Assembly: GCA_045604905.1 (NCBI GenBank)
Contig: JAZUOX010000006.1
Span: 772-64,771 of the forward strand
Direction: 5' to 3'
Length of the DNA: 64,000 nucleotides
DNA from: Clostridia bacterium
GTDB lineage: Bacteria; Bacillota; Clostridia; UMGS1883
This document shows, in pieces, positions 38,629-46,816 of this stretch. Positions within the stretch are counted from its first letter, which is position 1. Every line of letters begins with the position of its first letter. The notes under the pieces were generated by a model that did no database searches, was not told the origin of the DNA, and saw only the letters and a list, made by a program, of their open reading frames with translations. Made by a program: the position numbers and the translations under genes.

Positions 38629-38700
38629 TGTCATTCTAAGTGTAGCGAAGAATCTTTTAAGAAGGAGATTCTTCATTCATTTTACTCATTCAGAATGACA
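38629..38700. repeat. Nested palindromic element in the AraC / GH divergent intergenic region
   Basis: Outer arms TGTCATTCT (38629-38637) / AGAATGACA (38692-38700). Inner arms GAAGAATCT (38648-38656) / AGATTCTTC (38667-38675). Both are 9/9 perfect. Confidence 0.7.
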
Positions 38701-38770
38701 GTATTAAAACAAATTCTGACTGCTTTGAATAAAAAGCGCATTTTTTGTCCAAAAAAATATTCTTTCTGTC

Positions 38771-38799
38771 TTGCATTATACTATAAAATGTCCTAAAAT
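38771..38799 (+). promoter_or_regulatory. Candidate promoter of the GH cluster
   Basis: TTGCAT (38771-38776), 17-nt spacer, TAAAAT (38794-38799). Confidence 0.4.
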
Positions 38800-38821
38800 T
38801 CAAGTAGGGAGTGTGATAAAT

Positions 38822-40456
38822 ATGATAAAATTTGATAAAAACGATGAAATACTTACAAATATTGCCCGTGTTGTTGGAAAAAGACTTCCCGAAAATACGG
38901 ATGTTGAACTCAGAATTGATAAGTCGATGGACGAAATGGATTCCGAAATAAAAAACGGTGTGATTTCTGCAGGTGCATACGGTCAGCTTCTTGATGCGGC
39001 AGGCAGATTTTTAAGAAATCCGAAAGTAAGCGGTAAATTCCATTCCTATAAAACCATAAGCGGAATGTATTTTGCATCACATAACTCAAACTACTATGTT
39101 AGTGCGCCGCTTGAGGAAATTTATGAGTATATTGAAGACCTCGCTCTTTGGGGTATGAATACAATGCGTATGTGGTTTGACCTTTTCTATTATAAGAATA
39201 TGGCAGACGGAAAAGAATTTGCCGACAGAATGAAAGCGATGATTAAATACGCAAAGTCTATCGGTGTTAAAATATGTCTGTCTATTATTTCAAATGAAGC
39301 TTTCCACGTAAGCCCGAAAGAGCTTCGTGCTGACTGGACGGGCGGACACGACGGATACATAAAGAATCTTAACGACCATTATCACGTTGAAATATGTCCG
39401 TCAAAGCCCGGCGGTATCGAAAAAATTCTTGAATACAGACGCGACTGGCTTGAAACCTTCAAAGATGCGGCACCCGATATGATTGATATAGGACCTTACG
39501 ACGAGGGCGGTTGTACCTGCCCCGATTGTGCTCCGTGGGGTGCAAACGGATATGTAAGGTGTTGTGAAGCGCTTGCAAAGCTTGTGAAAGAATATTTCCC
39601 CGAAGCAGAACTTAATCTTTCTTTGTGGATGTTTGGCGTTTTCACAGGTAACAATATTGAATTTGAAAAACTCAGCGAAATTCTTGCAACCGACAGACTC
39701 AAAGATTTTAAATATGTAGGTACTGACCCGTATTATCAGTCGTATGCTTATGAAATTGATATGCACCGCCCGCTTATGGCGAGATTTGAAATCAGTATGT
39801 GTGATACTGTTCCGTGGGGCGGTTACGGTACAAATCCCATTCCTAAAAGAATTATGGAAAAATGGGCGCCCTACAGCGACAAAAATATTGGCGGATGTCC
39901 TTACTCGGAAGGATTTTATGAGGATATAAATAAGGTTATCTCGCTTCGTCTTTACAGAGATAATCAGGACCCCGAAATTACAATCAGCGAATATCTTCGC
40001 TATGAGTTCGGCTTTGAGGGTGAAATGCTTGAAAAGGTTACGCAGGCGATAATGGATATGGAAGAAACTCTTTACCGTGACTTTGTGGAGGGACATTGCT
40101 ATCTTGTACATAATCCTGAAAAAATCCCTGCAATAGAAAAGACAATTATTGAAGCGGACGCAACTCTTCCCGAAAATATAAAAAGTAAAAAACGCTGGCA
40201 ACTTATCTATCTTCGTGCTATAATAGACGGAGAGCTTTACAGAAACGATTTTACCCGTAACGACAAGGTTATGGAATGCTTCAGAAAAATCATTGAAATC
40301 GGCTATCTTGACAACGCAAGCTTTTATATAAAGCCTGACATAATCGTTGATGCGGACTACGGGAAGGAAGTGCTTTCAATCCCTGAAATTATGAGAATTG
40401 TATGGGGTAAAAAGCCTGACCTTGGTGACGAATTCAAAGAAGATTATTATGACTGA
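38822..40456 (+). CDS. Uncharacterised putative glycoside hydrolase (clan GH-A-like TIM barrel) with a Cys-rich insert
   Basis: ...LALWGMNTMRMWFD..., ...GVKICLSIISNEAF (an N-E acid/base-like motif after a beta strand) and ...IDIGPYDEGGCTCPDCAPWGANGYVRCCEA... The ATG at 38822 follows AGGGAG; the listed 38771 start lacks an RBS. Family not recognised. Confidence 0.5.
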   Translation: MIKFDKNDEILTNIARVVGKRLPENTDVELRIDKSMDEMDSEIKNGVISAGAYGQLLDAAGRFLRNPKVSGKFHSYKTISGMYFASHNSNYYVSAPLEEIYEYIEDLALWGMNTMRMWFDLFYYKNMADGKEFADRMKAMIKYAKSIGVKICLSIISNEAFHVSPKELRADWTGGHDGYIKNLNDHYHVEICPSKPGGIEKILEYRRDWLETFKDAAPDMIDIGPYDEGGCTCPDCAPWGANGYVRCCEALAKLVKEYFPEAELNLSLWMFGVFTGNNIEFEKLSEILATDRLKDFKYVGTDPYYQSYAYEIDMHRPLMARFEISMCDTVPWGGYGTNPIPKRIMEKWAPYSDKNIGGCPYSEGFYEDINKVISLRLYRDNQDPEITISEYLRYEFGFEGEMLEKVTQAIMDMEETLYRDFVEGHCYLVHNPEKIPAIEKTIIEADATLPENIKSKKRWQLIYLRAIIDGELYRNDFTRNDKVMECFRKIIEIGYLDNASFYIKPDIIVDADYGKEVLSIPEIMRIVWGKKPDLGDEFKEDYYD

Positions 40457-40472
40457 TAAGGAGAAAGATAAA

Positions 40473-42011
40473 ATGACTTTAAGAGAGAAAATTTTAAAAA
40501 CCTTTATTGTAACCATCCGTGAAATAAGCACACACGGCGGTATTGATGAATTCTTCAAAAAATACCCCGTAGGCGGTGTGTTCTACGGTGAGGACGATGC
40601 TCACACCGATGCAAGCGGCAGATTTATGGGTACACAGTTTGATATTCCTACCCTTAATAAAATTAAGGAAGCTTCCCCGAATAAGCTTCTTGTATGTGCT
40701 GACTTTGTTACAATGGCAAAGCAGAAATTTTCGGCTCAGGTGCAGACATCTCTGGGCAGTTCAAGAAATCTTCAGGATGCATACGACTACGGAAAGACTA
40801 TCGGTATGCAGATGAATGATGCAGGAATCGACTGGGCACTTGCACCAAGTATAGATATGTGCTTTGATCCGCAGATGTACCTTATGACAATAGGTAAAGA
40901 CCCAAAGGTCATTGCAGAAATTTACCGCGAGGTTGTAAGGGGTATTCAGGAACAGGGAGTATGTGCAACTGTTAAGCATTTTCCCGGTCTTGGAACGCAT
41001 CCTGTGAATATGCATATTGCACCGGGACAGAACATTTTTGACTTTGACAAATGGATGGAAACCTACGGATATACATATCAGGAAATGTTTAAGGAAGATG
41101 TGCAGAGTGTAATGACAACTCACACAACTCTACGCTCTTATGATAATGAGGGCGAGGACGGATTCTATCCCATTGCAACATTTTCAAGTAAACTGACAAA
41201 AGAACTTTTAAAAGACAAACTCGGTTTCAAAGGTGCAGTTGTAACGGATGCACTTATAATGGGAGGCAACGGTGTAGGTGATTATGTTGCAGAAACTGTT
41301 CAGGCATTCAAGGCAGGTGCGGATTTACTCCTTTGGCCTCCTGTTGAAGCGGCTGACGTTATTGAGGAAAAAATATTAAACGGTGAAATCCCTATGAGCC
41401 GTCTTGAAGATGCTCTTTCCCGTATTGAGAGAATGGAAGAGTTCAGAAGAAAAGCTATCGGGAATAATTCTTGCCACAAGCCTGATGCAACTTTTGTTGA
41501 TGAAACTCTTGAAAGAATCGCAAAGAACGGTATGTGCCTTCTTCGTAACAAGCTCGGACTTATTCCTCTTGATACAAAGAAGTATAAATCAGCGCTTATT
41601 GTTGATATAACAGACGATGACAAATTTTCTGCAAATCTTCTTAAGGATGAGCTTGAGAGCCGTGGAATAAAGGCAAAGGTTGAGCGTGACCTTATTGACA
41701 GAGAATCCTTTGTATGCTGGCAGGAAGAAACAAAGGCTTATGCAGAGGGTTATGACCTTGTTATAATAAATCTTAACGCACACTTTGTGGCACAGATGAT
41801 AGATTCACACATGCTTATATGGGCATCCCATCACTTTGAAAAGAAAAATAAGGTTGTTATAAACTACGGCTCACCTTACTTTGCTACGGATTATTACCCC
41901 GAAGAAATGACTTACATAGAGGCAAACACTACCCCCACAAAGGAAACTGTTAAAATGATTGTTGACGGACTTTTAGGTGAAACAGAATTTACAGGAAACA
42001 GTGTCATATAA
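40473..42011 (+). CDS. Glycoside hydrolase family 3 protein (beta-glucosidase / beta-N-acetylhexosaminidase type)
   Basis: GH3 N-terminal domain with VKHFPGLG and ...GAVVTDAL... (nucleophile Asp region). The ATG at 40473 follows AAGGAG and lies after the upstream stop at 40454-40456. Confidence 0.85.
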   Translation: MTLREKILKTFIVTIREISTHGGIDEFFKKYPVGGVFYGEDDAHTDASGRFMGTQFDIPTLNKIKEASPNKLLVCADFVTMAKQKFSAQVQTSLGSSRNLQDAYDYGKTIGMQMNDAGIDWALAPSIDMCFDPQMYLMTIGKDPKVIAEIYREVVRGIQEQGVCATVKHFPGLGTHPVNMHIAPGQNIFDFDKWMETYGYTYQEMFKEDVQSVMTTHTTLRSYDNEGEDGFYPIATFSSKLTKELLKDKLGFKGAVVTDALIMGGNGVGDYVAETVQAFKAGADLLLWPPVEAADVIEEKILNGEIPMSRLEDALSRIERMEEFRRKAIGNNSCHKPDATFVDETLERIAKNGMCLLRNKLGLIPLDTKKYKSALIVDITDDDKFSANLLKDELESRGIKAKVERDLIDRESFVCWQEETKAYAEGYDLVIINLNAHFVAQMIDSHMLIWASHHFEKKNKVVINYGSPYFATDYYPEEMTYIEANTTPTKETVKMIVDGLLGETEFTGNSVI

Positions 42012-42023
42012 AGGAGAAAGAAA

Positions 42024-44300
42024 ATGTACAGCTTTAATAATGATAAAAAAGAAATTACAATTAAAAAATATAATATGCCTACTCCGTGGATGAACTACCT
42101 TTCAAACGGTACTTTCCACACAATGATGTCCCAGGCAGGCGGCGGTGTGGCGTTCTATAAGTCGCCGCAGATATGGAGAATCAATCATTACCGGTTTTTC
42201 CATATACCCACAGACAGAAGCGGTTTCTATACATATATAAAGGATGGAGACAGTGTATGGTGCCCCACATCTGAGCCTATGCGTGAAAAGCCCGATTGCT
42301 GGACTGCTACTCACGGCATGGGTTACACAAGATTTGAATCAGCTAAAAACGGTCTTGATGCAGTAGCAACCTATTTTGTAGGGCCTTACGAAAACTGCCT
42401 TATCTGGAATCTTAAACTTAAATCCGATAAGGACAGAAAGATTACTATTTTCCCTTATGTTGAGCTTGGTATGATGGAATTTATGCGTGAGCTTCAGTGG
42501 CAGTGCTACAGCAAGCATCAGCTAGAATGTTATAATCTTGAAGATATTTTAGTTTACGAGTACGGTTGCGAGGATCAGCCAAAGCCTGACGAAACACCTC
42601 TTATTTACTTTGCAAGCGATGTGCCAGTTTCTGCCTTTGAATGTGACAGAGACGAGTTTATCGGCGGCTACCGCAGTGAAGAAAATCCTCGGAGAGTGGA
42701 GGAGGGACACCTTACAAACAGCACTATGTGTGGTGGCGACCCGTGCTTTGCATTGGAGCTTAATATTGACCTTAAAGCAGGGATGGAAAAGACAGTCAAT
42801 ATCTTCCTCGGTGCGGCAATGACAGAGGATGATATTAAAAAGAGCGTGGCTCACTGCAGGGAAAATGATTTTGTTTCAAAGTCATTTAAGGCACTGGGCG
42901 AGCATTGGGAAAAACACCTCAGTCATTTTGTGGCAGAGCTTCCCGACAAAGATGCAGAAACTATGATTAATATATGGAATCCCTATCAGGCAGAGCGTAA
43001 CTTCCAGTTTTCAAGAAATATAAGCTACTATGCAACAGGCACTTTCCGTGGTACGGGCGTCAGGGATACAGCACAGGATATTCTGTCGATGATTCCTTTT
43101 GATCTCAGACGCGCAAAGGACAAACTGAATCTTCTTTTGAATCAGCAGTATAACGACGGTCATACAAACCACTACTGCTTCCCGAATGAAGGGTGGGAGC
43201 CTCTTAAGAGAATTCACTCTGATAACCACCTCTGGCTTATTATGACGGCTTACCATATTGTTATGGAGGAGGGAACTCTTGACTACCTTGACGAGGTTGT
43301 TTCGTTCTACGACGGTGGAGAGGCGACAGTCTGGGAGCATCTTAAAAAGTCCATTGACTATACAAGAACTCACTGCGGTGAAAACGGCTTCCCTCTGATG
43401 CTTGCTTCTGACTGGAACGATATGCTTTCAAGAGTCTGCCGTGAGGGTAAGGGTGAAAGCGTCTGGACTGCAATGCAGTATGGCATGGTGCTTCGTCAGA
43501 TAGCAGAACTTGCCACTCTTAAAGGTGAGGACAACGAGCTTTTCGTTAAGCTTTACAATGAACAGAAAGAATTAATCAATACCGTTGCATGGGATGGCGA
43601 GTGGTTTATAAGATGTATCACTGACGATGGCAGATTTATCGGCAGTGACAAAGAAAGTCAGGCTAAGGTGTGGCTTAACAGCCAGTCCTGGGCAGTGCTT
43701 TCAGGTCTTGGTGACAAAGATAAGCAGGTAAAGGCAATGGATATCGTAAGAAAGTATCTTAATACCGATATCGGAATTAAGAAAATCCATCCTTCGATGA
43801 AGGATTATCCCACGAAGGAAGACCCCCTTACATACGATAAGCCCGGTTGCAGTGAAAACGGCTCAATCTTCTGCCACGCAAATACCTGGGCAATTATAGC
43901 AGAATGTATGCTTGGAAGAACCGAAAATGCTTATGAATATTATCATCAGCTTCTTCCGATGATAGCGCAGAAAAAAGTGGGAGAGTGGCGCTACAAAGCG
44001 GAGCCTTATGTATATTCATCAAATATTTTCGGACCTGAAAGCGACAAGTTTGGATTAGCAAATGTAAGCTGGCTGTCAGGAACTGCATCCTGGATGTATA
44101 TTGCGGCAACGCAGTATATGCTTGGTATAAAGCCTAAATTTAACGGGCTTGAAATCAGCCCATGCCTTTCAGAGGAAATGCTTCCGGCTAAGGTAACAAG
44201 AGTGTTCCGCGGAACAAAGTACGAAATCACAATTAATTCCAATAACAAAGTATTTATTCCTCACGAAGAGGGAAAAGATGTTGTGAAGGTTACTGTATAA
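42024..44300 (+). CDS. GH94-like glycoside phosphorylase (cellobiose/chitobiose phosphorylase family)
   Basis: The N-terminus (...ITIKKYNMPTPWMNYLSNG...GGGVAFYKSP...RINHYRF...DRSGFYTYIKDGDSVW) is collinear with recalled cellobiose phosphorylase N-termini. The catalytic-domain ASDWNDML motif is present. At 758 aa it is somewhat shorter than the ~800-aa characterised members. Confidence 0.7.
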   Translation: MYSFNNDKKEITIKKYNMPTPWMNYLSNGTFHTMMSQAGGGVAFYKSPQIWRINHYRFFHIPTDRSGFYTYIKDGDSVWCPTSEPMREKPDCWTATHGMGYTRFESAKNGLDAVATYFVGPYENCLIWNLKLKSDKDRKITIFPYVELGMMEFMRELQWQCYSKHQLECYNLEDILVYEYGCEDQPKPDETPLIYFASDVPVSAFECDRDEFIGGYRSEENPRRVEEGHLTNSTMCGGDPCFALELNIDLKAGMEKTVNIFLGAAMTEDDIKKSVAHCRENDFVSKSFKALGEHWEKHLSHFVAELPDKDAETMINIWNPYQAERNFQFSRNISYYATGTFRGTGVRDTAQDILSMIPFDLRRAKDKLNLLLNQQYNDGHTNHYCFPNEGWEPLKRIHSDNHLWLIMTAYHIVMEEGTLDYLDEVVSFYDGGEATVWEHLKKSIDYTRTHCGENGFPLMLASDWNDMLSRVCREGKGESVWTAMQYGMVLRQIAELATLKGEDNELFVKLYNEQKELINTVAWDGEWFIRCITDDGRFIGSDKESQAKVWLNSQSWAVLSGLGDKDKQVKAMDIVRKYLNTDIGIKKIHPSMKDYPTKEDPLTYDKPGCSENGSIFCHANTWAIIAECMLGRTENAYEYYHQLLPMIAQKKVGEWRYKAEPYVYSSNIFGPESDKFGLANVSWLSGTASWMYIAATQYMLGIKPKFNGLEISPCLSEEMLPAKVTRVFRGTKYEITINSNNKVFIPHEEGKDVVKVTV

Positions 44301-44390
44301 AAAGGAGCTGTTAAAAAAGTCCAGAACGCAAAAAGGAAACATCAAATATAAGTTTAGCAACTGCTAAAAATTAAAAGATGTTATTTGGTT

Positions 44391-44424
44391 GAGACCTCGT
44401 ATGCATATACGAGGTCTCTTTTTT
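44391..44424 (+). terminator. Rho-independent terminator after the GH94-like gene
   Basis: GAGACCTCGTAT-GCAT-ATACGAGGTCTC (12-bp perfect stem) followed by TTTTTT. Confidence 0.9.
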
Positions 44425-44439
44425 CTATGCCTTTTTGCT

Positions 44440-44517
44440 ACGAACAAACTTCGCCTCTCGCTGTATCCACATACAGCTTCGGGTAACCCACGGCAAGCCG
44501 TGGCTCAGTTTGTCCGT
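44440..44517. other. Orphan structured element (three-way-junction-like) between two convergent terminators
   Basis: The closing stem ACGAACAAACT (44440-44450) / AGTTTGTCCGT (44507-44517) pairs 10 of 11. Two internal hairpins are enclosed: GCTGTA-TCCACA-TACAGC (44460-44477) and CCACGG-CAAG-CCGTGG (44488-44503). No ORF covers it. Confidence 0.3.
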
Positions 44518-44540
44518 TCTGAAACATTTTTTCCTAGCTC

Positions 44541-44580
44541 CATAATAAAAGGGATGTGAAAAATTGCTTTTTCACATCCC
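44541..44580 (-). terminator. Rho-independent terminator after yqeG (minus strand)
   Basis: GGGATGTGAAAAA-TTGC-TTTTTCACATCCC, with a T tract on the minus-strand reading (CCCTTTTATTATGG). Confidence 0.8.
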
Positions 44581-44585
44581 TTTGT

Positions 44586-45074
44586 TTAGTTTTTCAGAAA
44601 TGGTTTCTCCAACAATCTCTTAAGTGCTATAAAAAATCCCTCTCCGCCTTTATGAAGAGGCTTTGTGAGAATTGCAAAGCAGCCCGCTCTTTTTGCACCC
44701 CATACATCGGTAAAAATCTGGTCGCCTATTGCAGCAATTTTATCCATAGGGAGATTCATTTCTCTGGAAGCCTCGTTATATCCGTATGCCTTCGGCTTCA
44801 ATGCATCGTGTACAAAAAACGGAACACCGATTTTTTCTGTGAAGTTTTTTACTCTTTCATATCTATTATTGGAAACAACGCACAATTTAAGACCTGCTGC
44901 TTCATATTTGCGCAGATGTTCCATAGTTTTTTCATCGGGAATGGGAACATCGTGCCCGATAAGAGTGTTGTCAATATCCAGAATTATCCCCTCAATACCT
45001 TTCTTCTTGAGGTATTCGGGAGAAACGTCTTTTATATTATCAAAATATGCATCGGCATAAAAATTTTTAAACAT
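44586..45074 (-). CDS. yqeG: YqeG-family HAD-IIIA phosphatase
   Basis: ILDIDNTL (the DxDxT nucleophile motif), VVSNN, and GDQIFTDVWGAKRAG. The internal ATG at 45074 overlaps the upstream ogg stop. Confidence 0.8.
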   Translation of the reverse strand: MFKNFYADAYFDNIKDVSPEYLKKKGIEGIILDIDNTLIGHDVPIPDEKTMEHLRKYEAAGLKLCVVSNNRYERVKNFTEKIGVPFFVHDALKPKAYGYNEASREMNLPMDKIAAIGDQIFTDVWGAKRAGCFAILTKPLHKGGEGFFIALKRLLEKPFLKN

Positions 45075-45885
45075 TATTGAACTTCCTCCAGTAAAAGAGA
45101 TATTGCTGTGCAAATCCACTGTAAGAACCGAAAAGACTTTCTCCGAGTTTTTTCGCATCTTTTGAATTAAAGCTTTCTTCCATAACTCTTTTTATCCATA
45201 CATCGGCAGGAAAGAGGTCATATTTGCCAAGGGAAAACAAAAGAACACAGTCACATACTTTGTCGCCAACTCCGTAAAGTGTAAGTAGCTTTTCCCTTGC
45301 TTTTTGTGTATCTGACGACAAAAGTTCATTTTCATCTATATCACCATTTAGAACAGCTTTTGCAGCCTTGATTATATACGGTGCGCGATAACCTACACCG
45401 ATAGCTCGGACCTCATCTTCTGTAAGCGAAGCGATTTTTTCGGGAGTGGGAAAAGCATGAAAAATCTCCCCCTCAAACTCTATTTTTTCGCCCCACAGAC
45501 TGCACATCTTTTCTACTGAGCTTTTAATTTTGGGGATAGATGAACGCTGCGAAATTATGAATGAAATAAGTGTTTCAAAAAATTCCTGCCTGAGAATTCT
45601 TATTCCGTTTCCAAAAGAGACTGCCTCGTTCATTATGTTATTTGTGCTGACAGCTTTTTTGATTTCTTCATAGTCGCGGTCAGCATCAAGATAATTTCTG
45701 AAAAAGTCTTCATATTCCTTTTCTGTTATCCCGTCAATTGTAATATTGTCTCCATCCGCTTTTATCCTGACTGCTTTGCCGCCGGCTATTCCGAAATAAC
45801 TTCCGTCGGGATTCTCTTTCCATCTGAAACACTGTCCGCAGTCAAAAGTATGAGACGGAACAAAGTCTTTAATTGTCACTTTCAT
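45067..45885 (-). CDS. ogg: 8-oxoguanine DNA glycosylase / N-glycosylase-DNA lyase (HhH-GPD, clostridial Ogg type)
   Basis: N-terminal ...HTFDCGQCFRW... and the HhH-GPD region ...LLTLYGVGDKVCDCVLLFSLGKYDLFPADVW... Confidence 0.8.
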   Translation of the reverse strand: MKVTIKDFVPSHTFDCGQCFRWKENPDGSYFGIAGGKAVRIKADGDNITIDGITEKEYEDFFRNYLDADRDYEEIKKAVSTNNIMNEAVSFGNGIRILRQEFFETLISFIISQRSSIPKIKSSVEKMCSLWGEKIEFEGEIFHAFPTPEKIASLTEDEVRAIGVGYRAPYIIKAAKAVLNGDIDENELLSSDTQKAREKLLTLYGVGDKVCDCVLLFSLGKYDLFPADVWIKRVMEESFNSKDAKKLGESLFGSYSGFAQQYLFYWRKFNNV

Positions 45886-46816
45886 TCATTTTCACCTTGC
45901 ACTTTCTTATGGGAGAGTTTATTTCGATAGTAAGATGCTTCTGAAAAACTTCTTTATCTTCGTAACAACACTTTTCCAAAGTATGTATAACGGCCTTTCT
46001 GAGGTGTACACCTGCGCTTTTTAAACCAAAGTCTGTTTCAAGAATATCAGCCAGAGTAATAAGCATAGCACCGTATGACAGATTTGAAAATTCGCCGCTC
46101 AGGACAGTTTCTTTTTTATGAATACGGATATCATCGCCCACAAGAATGGAATAACCGATGGGGAAACTGTTGAGAGCTGCCACATGCATCGCTATGATTT
46201 CAGCTTTGTCCTCGGGACAAAGAACAACATCAAATGCCGGTATTTCTTTAGCAAACGTGCATATAAGTTCATCAAATTCAATATGCTCAACATCTAAAGA
46301 GCGTGCATCACTCATTGAATTTGCAAATTCGTTGTATATTATTCTGTCAGATTCATTGGCGGAGTCTGTGCACAAAAGAATTTTGTTTTTGCGATTTTTT
46401 GCGGAAGAAATCGCAAGTTTAGTTGCCTTTTCAACCGAAGAAAAATCGGTGGAATATTCTTCCTTTAAAAATCCATCGCAAACAGAAACAGTTTTTTCTC
46501 CTAAAGGGCTTATTATGCATTTGCCACTGGAAAAATACATTGAGGAATGGACAGACAGAGTTTCTTTGAAAAGTGCTGTTTCCTGACATATGCTTCCTCT
46601 TTTTCCGCATAAGAGAATGCTGCTTTGAATTGATTTGTTTTTGACAGCATCTTTTGTTTTTTGAAGACAGGAAGGGGACAGGTCAAGCAAAAGAAAATCT
46701 GCCGGAATGTTTTTCCTGAATCTTTTTGAAATTGTTTTCAGAGTCTTACTGAAAAGAACCAGGTACTGCTTTATGGAAAAGTCTGTATAGAGAAAAAGTA
46801 TTTTATTCACAAACAA
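45869..46816 (-). CDS. Hypothetical protein with a degenerate isocitrate/isopropylmalate dehydrogenase-like C-terminal half
   Basis: The ORF overlaps the clpE 3' end (14 nt) and the ogg start (17 nt), which implies co-translation within the operon. ...IPAFDVVLCPEDKAEIIAMHVAALNSFPIGYS... loosely resembles the ..FDV.V..N.FGDILSD.AA.L.GS.G.. core, but the acidic metal ligands are replaced. Weak assignment. Confidence 0.45.
   Translation of the reverse strand: MFVNKILFLYTDFSIKQYLVLFSKTLKTISKRFRKNIPADFLLLDLSPSCLQKTKDAVKNKSIQSSILLCGKRGSICQETALFKETLSVHSSMYFSSGKCIISPLGEKTVSVCDGFLKEEYSTDFSSVEKATKLAISSAKNRKNKILLCTDSANESDRIIYNEFANSMSDARSLDVEHIEFDELICTFAKEIPAFDVVLCPEDKAEIIAMHVAALNSFPIGYSILVGDDIRIHKKETVLSGEFSNLSYGAMLITLADILETDFGLKSAGVHLRKAVIHTLEKCCYEDKEVFQKHLTIEINSPIRKCKVKMNESDN

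Noticed and set aside
39401-40201. 266-aa minus-strand ORF inside the first GH-cluster gene
   Set aside because: It is an antisense shadow ORF. The plus-strand frame has an RBS, a coherent domain-like sequence and operon context.
44556-45080. 174-aa and 131-aa plus-strand ORFs over the yqeG region
   Set aside because: The minus-strand frame encodes clear HAD motifs (DIDNTL, SNN, GDQ..TD). The plus-strand ORFs start inside the terminator hairpin and have no RBS.
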